DNA from: an uncultured Pseudomonadota bacterium | GTDB taxonomy: Bacteria; Pseudomonadota; Alphaproteobacteria; Rhizobiales; Beijerinckiaceae | Direction of reading: 5' to 3' | Length of the DNA: 64,000 bases | Assembly (NCBI GenBank): GCA_963730695.1 | Contig: CAVSSV010000033.1 | Coordinates: 1,311-65,310 of the forward strand | Part shown: piece by piece, positions 31,754 through 42,201 of the stretch | How positions within the stretch are numbered: the first letter of the stretch is position 1 | How the letters are laid out: every line of letters starts with the position of its first letter | Program-made: the position numbers and the translations under genes | Notes under the pieces: model-generated | Database searches by the model: none | What the model was told of the DNA's origin: nothing | What the model saw: only the letters and a program-made list of their open reading frames with translations

Positions 31754-33577
31754 ATGCCGAAGCGTGAGCCGTTGAGCCCATCCCCTGTCGAAAAGCCGTC
31801 GCGGCCGCCGAGCCTTGCCGCGCTGCGCCCGCTGCTGCCGTACGCCTTCAAATACAAAGGGCGGATCGCCGCCGCGCTCGTCGCGCTCGCCGTCGCTTCG
31901 GCGGCTTCGCTCGCCGTGCCGATCGCCTTCCGCTTCATGATCGACCATGGCTTCGACGCCGCCAGCGGCGGCGAGATCGAGCCCTTATTTCGTCGGGCTG
32001 ATCGTTCTCGCCGCCGTGCTCGGCGCTGGCGTCGGGCTGGCGCTTCTATCTCGTGATGACGCTGGGCGAGCAGGTCGTCGCCGATTTGCGCACCGACTCT
32101 GTTCGCGCATCTGGCGACGCTCGATCTCAGCTTTTTCGACAACGAGCGTACGGGCGAGTTAATTTCGCGGCTCTCCGCCGACACCACCCAGCTCAAGGCC
32201 GCTTTCGGCTCCTCCGCCTCGGTGGCGTTGCGCAATCTTGTTCATGGCGGTCGGGGCGGTGGCGATGATGGTCGTCACCAGCCCAAAGCTTTCGGCCTAC
32301 GCGATCGTCGCCATCCCCGTGATCGTGCTGCCGCTCTATGCCGCCGGACGCTCGGTGCGCCATCGCGCCAAGGCGGCGCAGGACCGGCTCGCCGACGCCA
32401 CCGCTTTCGCCAGCGAAAGCCTTTCGGGCGTGCGGGTGATGCAGGCCTTCGGCGCCGAGCGCGCCACCGCGGCACGCTACGGCGCGGCCTCGTACGAGGC
32501 GTTCGCCGCCGCGCGCGAAATGACCAAGGTGCGCGCCGTCGTGACGGTGGCGGCGTTGTTTCTGGTGTTCGGCAGCGTGGTGGCGATTTTTGGTTCGGCG
32601 CGCGCGACGTCGTTGCGGGCAATTTGTGCGGCGGAACGCTGTCGCAATTCGTGCTCTATGCGATCTTCGGCGGCGGCGCGATCGGCGAACTCAGCCAGGT
32701 CTGGAGCGACGTCTCGGCGGCGGCGGGCGCCGCGGCACGCATCGGCGAACTCCTGGACAAGAAGCCGGCGATCGTGTCGCCCGCGAACGCCGCGCCGATC
32801 GCCAGCCCGGTGCAGGGCGCGCTTGCCTTCGACCGCGTGGTTTTCGCCTATCCCGGCCGTCCCGACGCGCCGGTGCTGCGCGGCGTCGATTTTCAGGTGC
32901 CGCGCGGCGAAGTCGTCGCCATCGTCGGCGTCTCGGGCGCGGGTAAATCGACGCTGTTTCAGTTCGCCGAGCGGTTTTACGATCCGCAAGGCGGCGCCGT
33001 TCGGCTCGATGGGCGCGACGTGCGCACGATGGCTTTCAAGGACCTTCGCGGCGCGCTCGCCTTCGTGCCGCAGGAGCCGTTCATCTTCGCCGCCACAGTC
33101 GCTGAGAATATCGGCTATGGCCGCCCGGGCGCCAGCCAGGCCGAGATCGAGCACGCCGCCCGCCGCGCCGCCGCCTATGATTTCGTCGCCGCGCTGCCCC
33201 AGGGCTTCGCGACGCCGCTCGGCGAGCGCGGCGTGATGCTGTCGGGCGGCGAACGCCAGCGCATCGCCATCGCCCGGGCGCTGCTAAAGGACGCGCCGAC
33301 GCTGCTGCTGGACGAGGCGACTTCGTCGCTCGACGCCGCCAACGAAGCGATCGTGCAGCAGGCGCTGGAAGAGCTGATGAAAGGGCGGACAACGCTCGTG
33401 ATCGCCCATCGCCTGGCGACCATCGTCAAGGCTGATCGGATTGTCGTGCTGCAAGAGGGCGTGGTCGCCGAGTCGGGCACGCACGCCGATCTCATGCGCA
33501 AGGGCGGGCTCTATGCCCGCCTCGCCGCGATGCAGTTCAGAAGCGGCGCCGAAGCGCTTGAAGCCGCGGCGGAGTGA
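31754..33577 (+). CDS. ABC exporter, fused TMD+NBD (MsbA-like), several frameshifts
   Basis: GE..SRL.ADT, G.SGAGKST, LSGGERQRIAIAR, LLLDEATS, IAHRL. Confidence 0.88.
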
Positions 33578-33585
33578 GCCAACGT

Positions 33586-33711
33586 CCCCTCGCTCCGCGT
33601 AGCGGGGAGAGGGTTAGGGTGAGGGGCCGGGTGATTTACACCACCGTTCGAGCGTACTCACCAAGCCCCTCACCCCGTCCCTCTCCCCGTCTGCGACGGG
33701 GAGAGGGGGAT
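33586..33711. repeat. Alphaproteobacterial intergenic palindromic repeat, two inverted units
   Basis: GGGGAGAGGGTTAGGGTGAGGGG ... CCCCTCACCCCGTCCCTCTCCCC..GGGGAGAGGG between convergent genes. Confidence 0.75.
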
Positions 33712-33720
33712 TAATCAGCG

Positions 33721-34143
33721 TTAGCCGACGATCTCGTTGCCGGAGAAGAACTGCGCGATTTCGGCTTTCGCCGTGTCCGCCGCATCCGATCCGTGCGCCG
33801 AATTCTCGCCCATCGACAGCGCGAATTCCTTGCGGATCGTGCCCGCCGCCGCCTTCTCCGGGTTGGTCGCGCCCATGACGTCGCGATAGCGCTGGATGGC
33901 GTTGTCGCCTTCGAGCACCTGCACCACCACCGGCGCCGCCGTCATCATCTCGACGAGCTCGCCAAAGAACGGACGCTCCTTGTGCACGCCATAGAACTGC
34001 TGCGCCTGCGCGAGCGTCATATGGATGCGCTTTTGCGCCACGATGCGCAGGCCGGCGGCCTCGATTTTCGCGTTGACCGCGCCGGTGAGATTGCGGCGGG
34101 TGACATCGGGCTTCAAAATCGAGAACGTGCGTTCGATGGCCAT
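33721..34143 (-). CDS. ndk: Nucleoside diphosphate kinase
   Basis: [29 protein letters not shown]. Confidence 0.97.
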   Translation of the reverse strand: MAIERTFSILKPDVTRRNLTGAVNAKIEAAGLRIVAQKRIHMTLAQAQQFYGVHKERPFFGELVEMMTAAPVVVQVLEGDNAIQRYRDVMGATNPEKAAAGTIRKEFALSMGENSAHGSDAADTAKAEIAQFFSGNEIVG

Positions 34144-34246
34144 GGACGTGGTCGCTTCCTGACAAAAAATGATTGGATTGCGGCGGGCTTATAGGGGGGC
34201 GCTGCCGGAGCCGCAAGCCGAGCCTCGGGATCGGCGAGAATCCGCC

Positions 34247-35537
34247 TTACCCTTCGCGCTCTTTTCTGAGCTTTGCCCAATAATCCAGCCGCTTGCGCAT
34301 CTCGCGCTCGAAACCGCGCTCGACCGGCTCGTACAGCCGCCGCCGGCCGATCGCCTCGGGCCAATAATTCTGCCCTGAGAACGCGTCCGGCTCGTCATGG
34401 TCGTAGCGATAGGTTGCACCGTAGCCTTCGCTCTTCATCAGCTTGGTCGGCGCGTTGAGGATCGTCTTGGGCGGCGTCACCGAGCCATGCCGGCGCGCCA
34501 GCTCCTGCGCGGCGGCGAAGGCGGTGTAGACCGCGTTCGATTTCGGCGCAGTGGCGACATAGACGACGGCTTCGGCGATCGCCAGTTCGCCCTCGGGGGA
34601 GCCGAGAAAATCGTAGGAATCCTTGGCGGCGAGGGCGACGGCAAGCGCCTGCGGATCGGCGAGGCCGATGTCTTCGGAGGCCATGCGCACGACGCGGCGG
34701 GCGATGAACAGCGGATCTTCGCCCGCGTCGAGCATGCGCGCGAGATAATACAGCGCCGCGTCGGGGTCCGAGCCGCGCACGCATTTATGCAGCGCCGAAA
34801 TCAGGTTGTAGTGGCCATCCTGCGCCTTGTCGTAAATCGGCGCGCGCCGCTGCACGATCTTCACGAGGCCCGCGGCGTCGAGCCTTTCGCCGGGCCGCGC
34901 GGCGCGCAGGACGTCTTCGGCCAAGCGTCAGCGCGGCGCGGCCGTCGCCGTCCGCCATGCCGATCAAGGCGGCGCGCGCATCGGGGTCGAGCGGCAGCGG
35001 CGCGCCGAGCAAGCGTTTCCGCGCGGCGCAGCAAGCGCTTCCAGCGCCGCCTCGTCGAGCGCGCGGAACACCAGCACGCGGGCGCGCGACAGCAAGGCGG
35101 CGTTGAGTTCGAACGACGGGTTTTCCGTCGTCGCGCCGATCAGCGTGATGCTGCCGTCCTCCATGACGGGCAAGAACGAATCCTGCTGCGCGCGATTGAA
35201 GCGATGGATTTCGTCGACGAACAGCATCGTCCCGCGCCCTTCCTTGCGCCGGGCGCGCGCGGCCTCAAAGATCTTTTTCAGGTCGGCGACGCCGGTATGG
35301 ATCGCCGAGACCTGGACGAACTCGTAGCCTTCGCGCGTCGCCGATCATGCGCGCGACCGTCGTCTTGCCGGAGCCGGGCGGGCCCCAGAAAATCATCGAG
35401 CCCAGGCTCGGCGCGGCGATCAGGCGCGTCAGCGCGCCGTCGGGGCCGGTCAGATGCTCCTGCCCGGCGATCTCGCTGAGATCATGCGGGCGAAGGCGCT
35501 CGGCGAGCGGGGCGGCGGGGGGAACCAGATCGGCCAT
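34247..35537 (-). CDS. rarA: Replication-associated recombination protein A (frameshifts)
   Basis: [53 protein letters not shown]. Confidence 0.93.
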
Positions 35538-35627
35538 GCGGGTGCGACCCCAAGCCCGACCGCCTGGGCTTGTCAAACGCCGACCCGGAAGGGCAAGTCG
35601 CGGCGGCGAGCGCACGAGGAGCGTTTG

Positions 35628-36838
35628 ATGATCGATTTGGACGTTGTGCAGCGGGCCGGGCTTCCGAGCGTCGGATCCGGAGAGCGGCGGGATTTTCGCC
35701 GCGAAGGGCTGGAGCGGTTGTCCAGAGGCCTGCAATCGCTCGTCGACCGCAAACGCGTGCCCGGCGCTTCCGCGCTGCTGTTATCGCAAGGGCGGGGTCG
35801 TCTACGCCAGCCATTTCGGCGCGGCCACGGCCTGACGGAACGGCGCTGAACGCGGAAACGATCTTCCGCATCTATTCCATGACCAAGCCGATCGTCTCGC
35901 TCGCGGCGATGATGATGGTGGAGGAAGGCCGGCTACTGCTTTCGGAGCCCTTGAGCAAATACATTCCCGCCTTCGCGGAGACTAAGGTCGGCGTCGAAAA
36001 GGACGGCGCGCTCGACCTCGTCGACCTCAAGCGGCCGATCACGATCCAGGATCTGATGCGTCACACCTCGGGCATATCCTACGGCTTCACCGGCGTGACG
36101 AAAGTCCACAAGGCGTATCATGCCGCCGCGTCTGTCTGCGCGGCGACGTTTCCGCCGAGAGCCATTGCGAAGTCATCGCGAGGCTGCCCTTGCGCGCGCA
36201 GCCTGGCGAAGCTTGGGAATACGGCCACTCGACCGACGTGCTGGGCCGGGTGCTTGAAATTGTCGAAGGCAACGAGCCTCGGCGCGCTGCTGAAGGAAAA
36301 AATTTTCGACCCGCTCGGCATGGTCGACACCGCGTTTTACACGCCGCCGGAAAAGCTGGAGCGCCGCGCCGAGGCGTTCTCGATGCAAACGTTCAAAACG
36401 CTCGGCATCGATTTCATGAATGCGACGTCACCGCCCGCCTTCGAGCCGGGCGGGGGCGGACTGCTGTCGACGCTGCCGGATTATGCGCGGTTCTGCGCGC
36501 TGCTGCTCGGCGAAGGACGTTGGAACGGCGTGCAATTGCTGAGCCCGCGACTGTTTCGCTACATGGTGCGAAACCATCTGCCGCGCGAGTGCTCGCGCAG
36601 CCATTTCCTGCTGTCGCCGGGTTACGGCTTCGGGCTCGGCTTCGCCGTGCGCGAGGACGAAGGCGTCGCTTCCGCGCCGGGAACGGTGGGCGAGTTCAAC
36701 TGGGGCGGCGCCGCCGGCACTGCTTTCTGGGTGGCGCCGGCCGACGACATGTTCGCGATCCTTATGCTGCAGACCGCCGATTACAGCGACACCATCAGGC
36801 CGCTGTTCCGAAACCTGGTCTACGCAGCGCTCAGCTAA
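35628..36838 (+). CDS. Serine hydrolase (beta-lactamase-like esterase), frameshifts
   Basis: FRIYSMTK (SxxK), LMRHTSG, WEYG.STDVLGR, WGGAAGT.FWV. Confidence 0.85.
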
Positions 36839-36845
36839 GCGCCGC

Positions 36846-37286
36846 TCACCAGACGCCGGTGTTTGGCATCGACGTCCAGGGTTCCTTGGGCGCAAGGCCT
36901 TCGCCGTTCTGGATGAGTTCGATCGAGATATTGTCCGGAGTGCGGACGAAGGCCATGCGGCCGTCGCGCGGCGGGCGGTTGATGACAACGCCCTGCTTCT
37001 GCAGCTTTTCGCAGAAGGCGTAGATGTCATCGACGCCATAGGCGAGATGGCCGAAATTGCGGCCGCCGGTATAAGCCTCCGGGTCCCAGTTATAGGTAAG
37101 CTCGAGCAGCGGTGCGCTGTTGGCCTTGCCGGTCTCGACATCGGCGGGAGCGGCCAGGAACACCAGGGTGAAGCGCCCCTTCTCGTTGACGCTGCGTCGC
37201 ACCTCAACCAGGCCGAACTTCTTGATGAAGAAATCGAGCGACGCGTCGAGATCGGCGACGCGGACCATCGTGTGGAGATATTGCAT
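36846..37286 (-). CDS. gloA: Lactoylglutathione lyase (VOC family)
   Basis: [39 protein letters not shown]. Confidence 0.9.
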   Translation of the reverse strand: MQYLHTMVRVADLDASLDFFIKKFGLVEVRRSVNEKGRFTLVFLAAPADVETGKANSAPLLELTYNWDPEAYTGGRNFGHLAYGVDDIYAFCEKLQKQGVVINRPPRDGRMAFVRTPDNISIELIQNGEGLAPKEPWTSMPNTGVW

Positions 37287-37363
37287 ACCCAGGCGTTCCT
37301 CGTTTGCTTGAAGGCTTCCGACACAGCATAAGGGAGCCGCTGGCGCAGGGCCAGGGGGACGCG

Positions 37364-38749
37364 ATGAACACGGCGGAGAACGGACGGAGAAAACGTCGCG
37401 CCGCGCTGCTGTCGTTCGTCGCAAGCGCCGTGCTGACGGCGCTCAAGCTCGCCGCTGGTCTGCTTTCCGGCTCGCTCGCCTTGATCTCCGAGGGCGTTCA
37501 CAACGGCGTCGACATCGCCGCGAGCGGCCTGACCTATTTCGCCGTGCGCGAGGCCGACCGCCCGGCGGACGACGAGCACCCGTTCGGACACGCCAAACTC
37601 GAGCCCGTCGCCGCGCTGATCGAAACCTGCGCGCTGGGCGCGCTGGCGCTCGGCGTCGCCGCGCTCGCCTTCCAGCGTCTGGGCGCAGCCTCGGCTCCGG
37701 TCGCGGTGACGCCGCTGGCGATCGCGGTGCTGGCGGTCTCCGTCGGCGTCGACCTCTGGCGCTGGCGGGGCCTGGCAAAGATCGCCCGCGAGACCGGCAG
37801 CGACGCGCTGGCGGCGGACGCCCTGCACTATTCCAGCGACTTGGTGTCCTCGCTGTGCATTCTCGCCGGCTTCGTCGCGCTGCACTTCGGCTTTCAGGAA
37901 GGCGATGCGCTCGCCGCCTTCGCGGTCGCGCTTTTCATCGCGGTCGCTGGCTATCGCTTGGGGCGGCGGACCATCGATTCCCTGATCGACACCGCGCCGA
38001 GCGGCTTGGCGGCGGCGATGAGCGCGGCGGTCGAAGCCACCCCGGGCGTGGCGGGCGTTCAATTTCTGCGCTTGCGGCAAAGCGGCCCGAAAGTCGTGGG
38101 CGACTTGGGCGTATCGGTTTCGCGCACCCTCCCGCTCGAACGCGTGGGCGCGATCAAGGCGGCGATCGAACGACGGCTCGCCAAGGAATGGCCCGAAGCG
38201 GCCCTAACCATCACCGCCGACCCAAAAGCCCTCAGCGACGAGACGCTGCGGGAGCGCGTGATGGTGGTGGCGGCGCGCCGGCGGCTGGCGATCCATCATA
38301 TCCTTGTGCAGCGCGTCGGCGAGCGCGTCTCCATCACGCTCGACCTCGAAGTGGACGGCCGGATGCGGATTGGCGACGCCCACGCCATCGCCACCCAGTT
38401 GGAAGCGGCGATCGAAGCCGAAGGCGGCCCGGAGGTTGAGGTCGATACGCATATCGAGCCGATCGACGCTCGCGAGGCGGAAGGACAAAACGCCGAGGCC
38501 TCTCTGACCGACGCGGTGGCCGCGTGCCTGACGCAGCAGGCCAAGGCGCTGGGCGCGCTGACCGCCATCCATGACGTGCGCGTGCGCTTGCTGCCGACCG
38601 GCCCCGCCGCGGTCTTCCATTGCGAGATCGCCCGCAGCGCCAGTGTGCGCGAGGCCCACGACGCGGTCGACGCGCTCGAGCGGGCGTTGCGCGCCGAATT
38701 CCCCAACCTGGTGCGGGTGACCGGGCACGTCGAACCACAGGCGGAATGA
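37364..38749 (+). CDS. Cation diffusion facilitator with extra C-terminal ZT_dimer repeats
   Basis: SLALISE..H...D, HPFGH.K.E, ADALHY.SD; repeated AH....E...T.H.EP domains. Confidence 0.9.
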   Translation: MNTAENGRRKRRAALLSFVASAVLTALKLAAGLLSGSLALISEGVHNGVDIAASGLTYFAVREADRPADDEHPFGHAKLEPVAALIETCALGALALGVAALAFQRLGAASAPVAVTPLAIAVLAVSVGVDLWRWRGLAKIARETGSDALAADALHYSSDLVSSLCILAGFVALHFGFQEGDALAAFAVALFIAVAGYRLGRRTIDSLIDTAPSGLAAAMSAAVEATPGVAGVQFLRLRQSGPKVVGDLGVSVSRTLPLERVGAIKAAIERRLAKEWPEAALTITADPKALSDETLRERVMVVAARRRLAIHHILVQRVGERVSITLDLEVDGRMRIGDAHAIATQLEAAIEAEGGPEVEVDTHIEPIDAREAEGQNAEASLTDAVAACLTQQAKALGALTAIHDVRVRLLPTGPAAVFHCEIARSASVREAHDAVDALERALRAEFPNLVRVTGHVEPQAE

Positions 38750-38764
38750 TTTTCGCGCCCCGAC

Positions 38765-38790
38765 GCAACCCTCTCCCGCCCTCGCGCGTT
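38765..38790 (+). promoter_or_regulatory. Putative general-stress (EcfG/RpoE2/sigmaT) promoter for ku-ligD
   Basis: GCAAC-N17-CGTT, one mismatch to GGAAC-N16/17-CGTT, 54 nt before the ku start. Confidence 0.5.
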
Positions 38791-38843
38791 TTGTGTCTCA
38801 TTGGCGCATTCGCCGCCGTCTGCGGTCCCGACAGGGGGAGACT

Positions 38844-39737
38844 ATGGCCGATAACGTCCGTTCGTTCTGGAAAGGCTATATGCGGCTGGCGCTGGTCGCC
38901 ATCCCGATCCGGCTGGTGACGGCCGAGCGCGCCGAGGCGACGCCGAAATTCCATCAGGTCGACCGCAAGTCGCGCCAGCGCATCCGCTACCTCAAGGTCG
39001 TCCCCGGCAAAGGCGAGGTGAACAAGGACGACATCGTGATGGGCTACGAGGTCGAGCCCGGAAACTATGTGCTGTTCGAGGAGGACGAACTCGACGCCGT
39101 CCGCCTGGAGTCGCGGCACACGATCGAACTGACGCAGTTCGTCGATTTCGCTGAGATCGACCCGCTCTATTTTGAGCGGCCCTATTATGTCCTTCCCGAC
39201 GGCGACGTCGCCGAAGAAGGCTATCGCGTCATCCGCGACGCGCTGAAAGAGCGTAAGAAGGCGGCGATTGGGCAGTTGACGCTGCGCGGTCGCGAAAATC
39301 TGGTGGCGCTGTACCCCGGCGGCGCTGGCCTGGTGCTCGACACGCTCCGCTATGACAGCGACATCAAGGACGCCGACGACATCTTCTCCGGCCTGCCGCG
39401 CCAGCCGCCGCGGGCCGACATGCTGAAGATGGCGGAATCGCTGATCGATAGCCGCAGTGCTCCGTTCAATCCTTCGACCTTCAAAAACCACTATGCCGAG
39501 GCGCTGCGCGAATTGGTGAAAACCAAGCTGCAGAGCGGCAAGGCGGTCAGCGTCGATGACGGCGACAAGCCGGCCGGTCAGGTCATCGATTTCATGGAGG
39601 CGCTGAAGCGCTCGCTCGGCGATGCGCCCAAGGCAGCCGGTGGGCCGGCTAAGAAAAAGCCGGCGCCTAAAGCCAAAGCGGCCGTGAAGCCCAAGGCGAA
39701 GCCGGCGAGGAAAACGCCGGCCCGACGCGCCGGATGA
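38844..39737 (+). CDS. ku: NHEJ Ku protein
   Basis: WKGYMRLALV, IDPLYFERPYY, V.DFMEALKRSL, basic K/A/P tail. Confidence 0.95.
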   Translation: MADNVRSFWKGYMRLALVAIPIRLVTAERAEATPKFHQVDRKSRQRIRYLKVVPGKGEVNKDDIVMGYEVEPGNYVLFEEDELDAVRLESRHTIELTQFVDFAEIDPLYFERPYYVLPDGDVAEEGYRVIRDALKERKKAAIGQLTLRGRENLVALYPGGAGLVLDTLRYDSDIKDADDIFSGLPRQPPRADMLKMAESLIDSRSAPFNPSTFKNHYAEALRELVKTKLQSGKAVSVDDGDKPAGQVIDFMEALKRSLGDAPKAAGGPAKKKPAPKAKAAVKPKAKPARKTPARRAG

Positions 39738-41296
39738 CCCGCGCCACCGCAAAGCTCGCGCCCGATAAACTCGCGACCTATCAGGCCAAGCGCAATTTTG
39801 CGCGCACCGCCGAGCCGAGCGGAAAGCGCGGCGCGAAGACGGCTCCGGCCTCGCGTCTGATCGTCCAGCATCATTTCGCCACGCGCGATCATTTCGACCT
39901 TAGGCTCGAGATCGACGGCGTGCTGGCGAGTTGGGCGGTGACGCGCGGGCCCTCCGCCAATCCCGCCGACAAGCGCCTGGCGGTGCGGACGGAAGATCAT
40001 CCGCTGTCCTACGCCAGCTACGAGGGCGAAATCCCCAAGGGCGAATACGGCGGCGGAACGGTGATTCTCTGGGAATCGACGACCTACTCGCCGCTCAACG
40101 GCGATCCTGCGCAGGCGCTGGCCAAAGGCGAGATTAAATTCGAGGCGCACGGGGAGCGGATGCGCGGCGGCTGGGTTCTCGTGAAGATGAGGACACGGGA
40201 GAAGCGCGAGAACTGGCTGCTGATCAAAGAGCGCGACGCTTTCGTCGAGAAAGACGATTCGCTGGCGACGCGCTATCCCGACAGCATCGCCACCGGGCGC
40301 GACAGAGAAACGATCGCGCAAGGCGCCGCGCCGAAGGCTAAGAAGGCCACGAAAAAACCGCCGCCTGAGGAGGTTGCCATGCCGAAACAACGCGCGCCGT
40401 TGCAGGGCAGGACGCGAAGCGCACCCACGGCGGAGCCGTCGGCGATCACGCACGCAGATCGTGTGGTGTATCCGAAGGACGGCGTCACCAAGGGCGATAT
40501 CGCGGCGCACTATGAGCGCGTCGCCGAGCGTATGGCGCCGCATCTGCGACAGCGCATCATCAGCCTGATCCGCGCCCCCGAAACCATCGAAGCGGAGATG
40601 TTCTTCCAGCGCCATCCGCTGAAGGGCATGGCCGCCGGTGTCGTCGCGGTCGATATCGGCGATGAAACCTACATGGCGCTTGAAGGCGCGGCAGGGCTGC
40701 ATACGGCGGCGCAGTTCGGAGCGATCGAGGTGCACGGCTGGATGAGCAGGATCGATACGCCCGATCATCCCGACCGCATGATCCTCGATCTCGATCCCGA
40801 CCCCAAGGTCGATTTCGCCGCGGTGAAGACGGCGGCTAAGGATATCGCCGCAGGCCTCGACGCCATCGGCGTGCGCACCTGGCCGCTGGTCACCGGCGGC
40901 AAGGGCATTCACGTCGTCGCCCCGCTCGATGGCGCGCTGACGACCGAAGATGTCGAGGAATTCGCCCATCACTTCGCCGGGGGCCTCGCGCGCCAGGAGC
41001 CGCAACGCTTCGTCGCCACCATGAGCAAGGCGCGGCGCGAGGGGCGCATTTTCATCGACTGGATGCGCAACAAGCGAGCGGCGACCGCCATACTGCCGTG
41101 GTCCTTGCGCGCGAGGCCGGGCGCGCCGGTCGCCATGCCAGTGAGCTGGGCGGCCCTTGCGCGGCTGACGTCGGCGGCGGCGTTCACGATTAAGTCGAAG
41201 CTGAAGGCTGACGATGGCTGGAACGGTTTTTTCGAGACGCGGCAGACGATACCGCGGCAGGCTCTGGAGTTCGTTCGGCGCGCGGCGGCGTCGTGA
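39734..41296 (+). CDS. ligD: LigD-type phosphoesterase + primase/polymerase fusion without ligase domain
   Basis: PE: Y.AKRNF..T.EP, QHHFATRDHFDLRLE, EDHP..Y; Pol: THADRV, FFQRH, DLDPD, TGGKGIH, IFID..RN; no KxDG motif. Confidence 0.88.
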   Translation: MTRATAKLAPDKLATYQAKRNFARTAEPSGKRGAKTAPASRLIVQHHFATRDHFDLRLEIDGVLASWAVTRGPSANPADKRLAVRTEDHPLSYASYEGEIPKGEYGGGTVILWESTTYSPLNGDPAQALAKGEIKFEAHGERMRGGWVLVKMRTREKRENWLLIKERDAFVEKDDSLATRYPDSIATGRDRETIAQGAAPKAKKATKKPPPEEVAMPKQRAPLQGRTRSAPTAEPSAITHADRVVYPKDGVTKGDIAAHYERVAERMAPHLRQRIISLIRAPETIEAEMFFQRHPLKGMAAGVVAVDIGDETYMALEGAAGLHTAAQFGAIEVHGWMSRIDTPDHPDRMILDLDPDPKVDFAAVKTAAKDIAAGLDAIGVRTWPLVTGGKGIHVVAPLDGALTTEDVEEFAHHFAGGLARQEPQRFVATMSKARREGRIFIDWMRNKRAATAILPWSLRARPGAPVAMPVSWAALARLTSAAAFTIKSKLKADDGWNGFFETRQTIPRQALEFVRRAAAS

Positions 41297-41306
41297 GCGG
41301 GACGTC

Positions 41307-42158
41307 CTAATTCCTAAGAACAACGCACGCGCCGCCCTCGCGCAGTATCTTCGTGCACAGCGCCTGCCCTTCCGCCCGCGTCGCGGCCGGCGTCCGCACC
41401 CGATAGTACGCCGCGTAGCCGCGCCCGCGCATGCGGCCGCCGATCAGCATCGGCTCGAAGGCGCCGAGCACGTCGGCGTAACGCTTCCGCGCCCGCAGGA
41501 AGGCGCCCAGCGCCGCCGCCTTGGAGAAGCTGCCGGCGAACTGCACGCCCCAGGGCGCTGTCAGCGTCGAGAGCGATGCGGCGGTCGGCGCGCTGGCGCG
41601 CACCGACGCTACCGCGTCAGCGCAGGAGGCGTTCGGGATCGCGGCGTCGCTTTGCTTGGCGGCGGCGCCGCCGGCGGTCCATTCCTCTACCACATGCCCA
41701 GTGACGGCCAGGACATAGTCGCGGGTCTCGAACGGCAGGCCGCCCGAACCGGCGAGCCAACTAGCCACCTGCGTCGGCCCGGCGTTGTAGCCGGCGGCGG
41801 CGAGGCCAAGATTGCCGAACTGCGTCTTAAGGTCGGCGAGATATTCCGCGGCCTTCGGGATCGCCTCCTCGGGATCGTAAGGATTGACGAGGCCGCGCTC
41901 GGCCGCCGTCCCCGGCATGAATTGCGCGACGCCTTGCGCACCGGCGGGACTCACGGCGTCGACATGAAAGCTGCTTTCCTGCCAAATCAGCCGCGTCAGA
42001 AAAGCGACGGGCAGGTTTTGCGCCTTTGCCGCGGTCTCAATCAGCACGCAGATCGGATCCGCGGCGGGAACGTCGGCATGCGGCGGCTCCTCGGCGGCGG
42101 CGGGCGAGGCGAGCGCGAAGGCAACAGCCAACAGTGTGCAGGCAAAGCGGCGGAACAT
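41307..42158 (-). CDS. Lytic transglycosylase (SLT) with C-terminal SPOR-like domain
   Basis: LIWQESSF, SPAGAQGVAQFMP.TA, AGYNAG, ETRDYV, WGVQ. Confidence 0.88.
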   Translation of the reverse strand: MFRRFACTLLAVAFALASPAAAEEPPHADVPAADPICVLIETAAKAQNLPVAFLTRLIWQESSFHVDAVSPAGAQGVAQFMPGTAAERGLVNPYDPEEAIPKAAEYLADLKTQFGNLGLAAAGYNAGPTQVASWLAGSGGLPFETRDYVLAVTGHVVEEWTAGGAAAKQSDAAIPNASCADAVASVRASAPTAASLSTLTAPWGVQFAGSFSKAAALGAFLRARKRYADVLGAFEPMLIGGRMRGRGYAAYYRVRTPAATRAEGQALCTKILREGGACVVLRN

Positions 42159-42201
42159 CGCCGTGCCTTACTCTAAATCCACGACAATGGTCACGAACGT
42201 C

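Noticed and set aside
35628-36838. Beta-lactam resistance gene
   Set aside because: No signal peptide; resembles cytoplasmic family VIII esterase-type serine hydrolases
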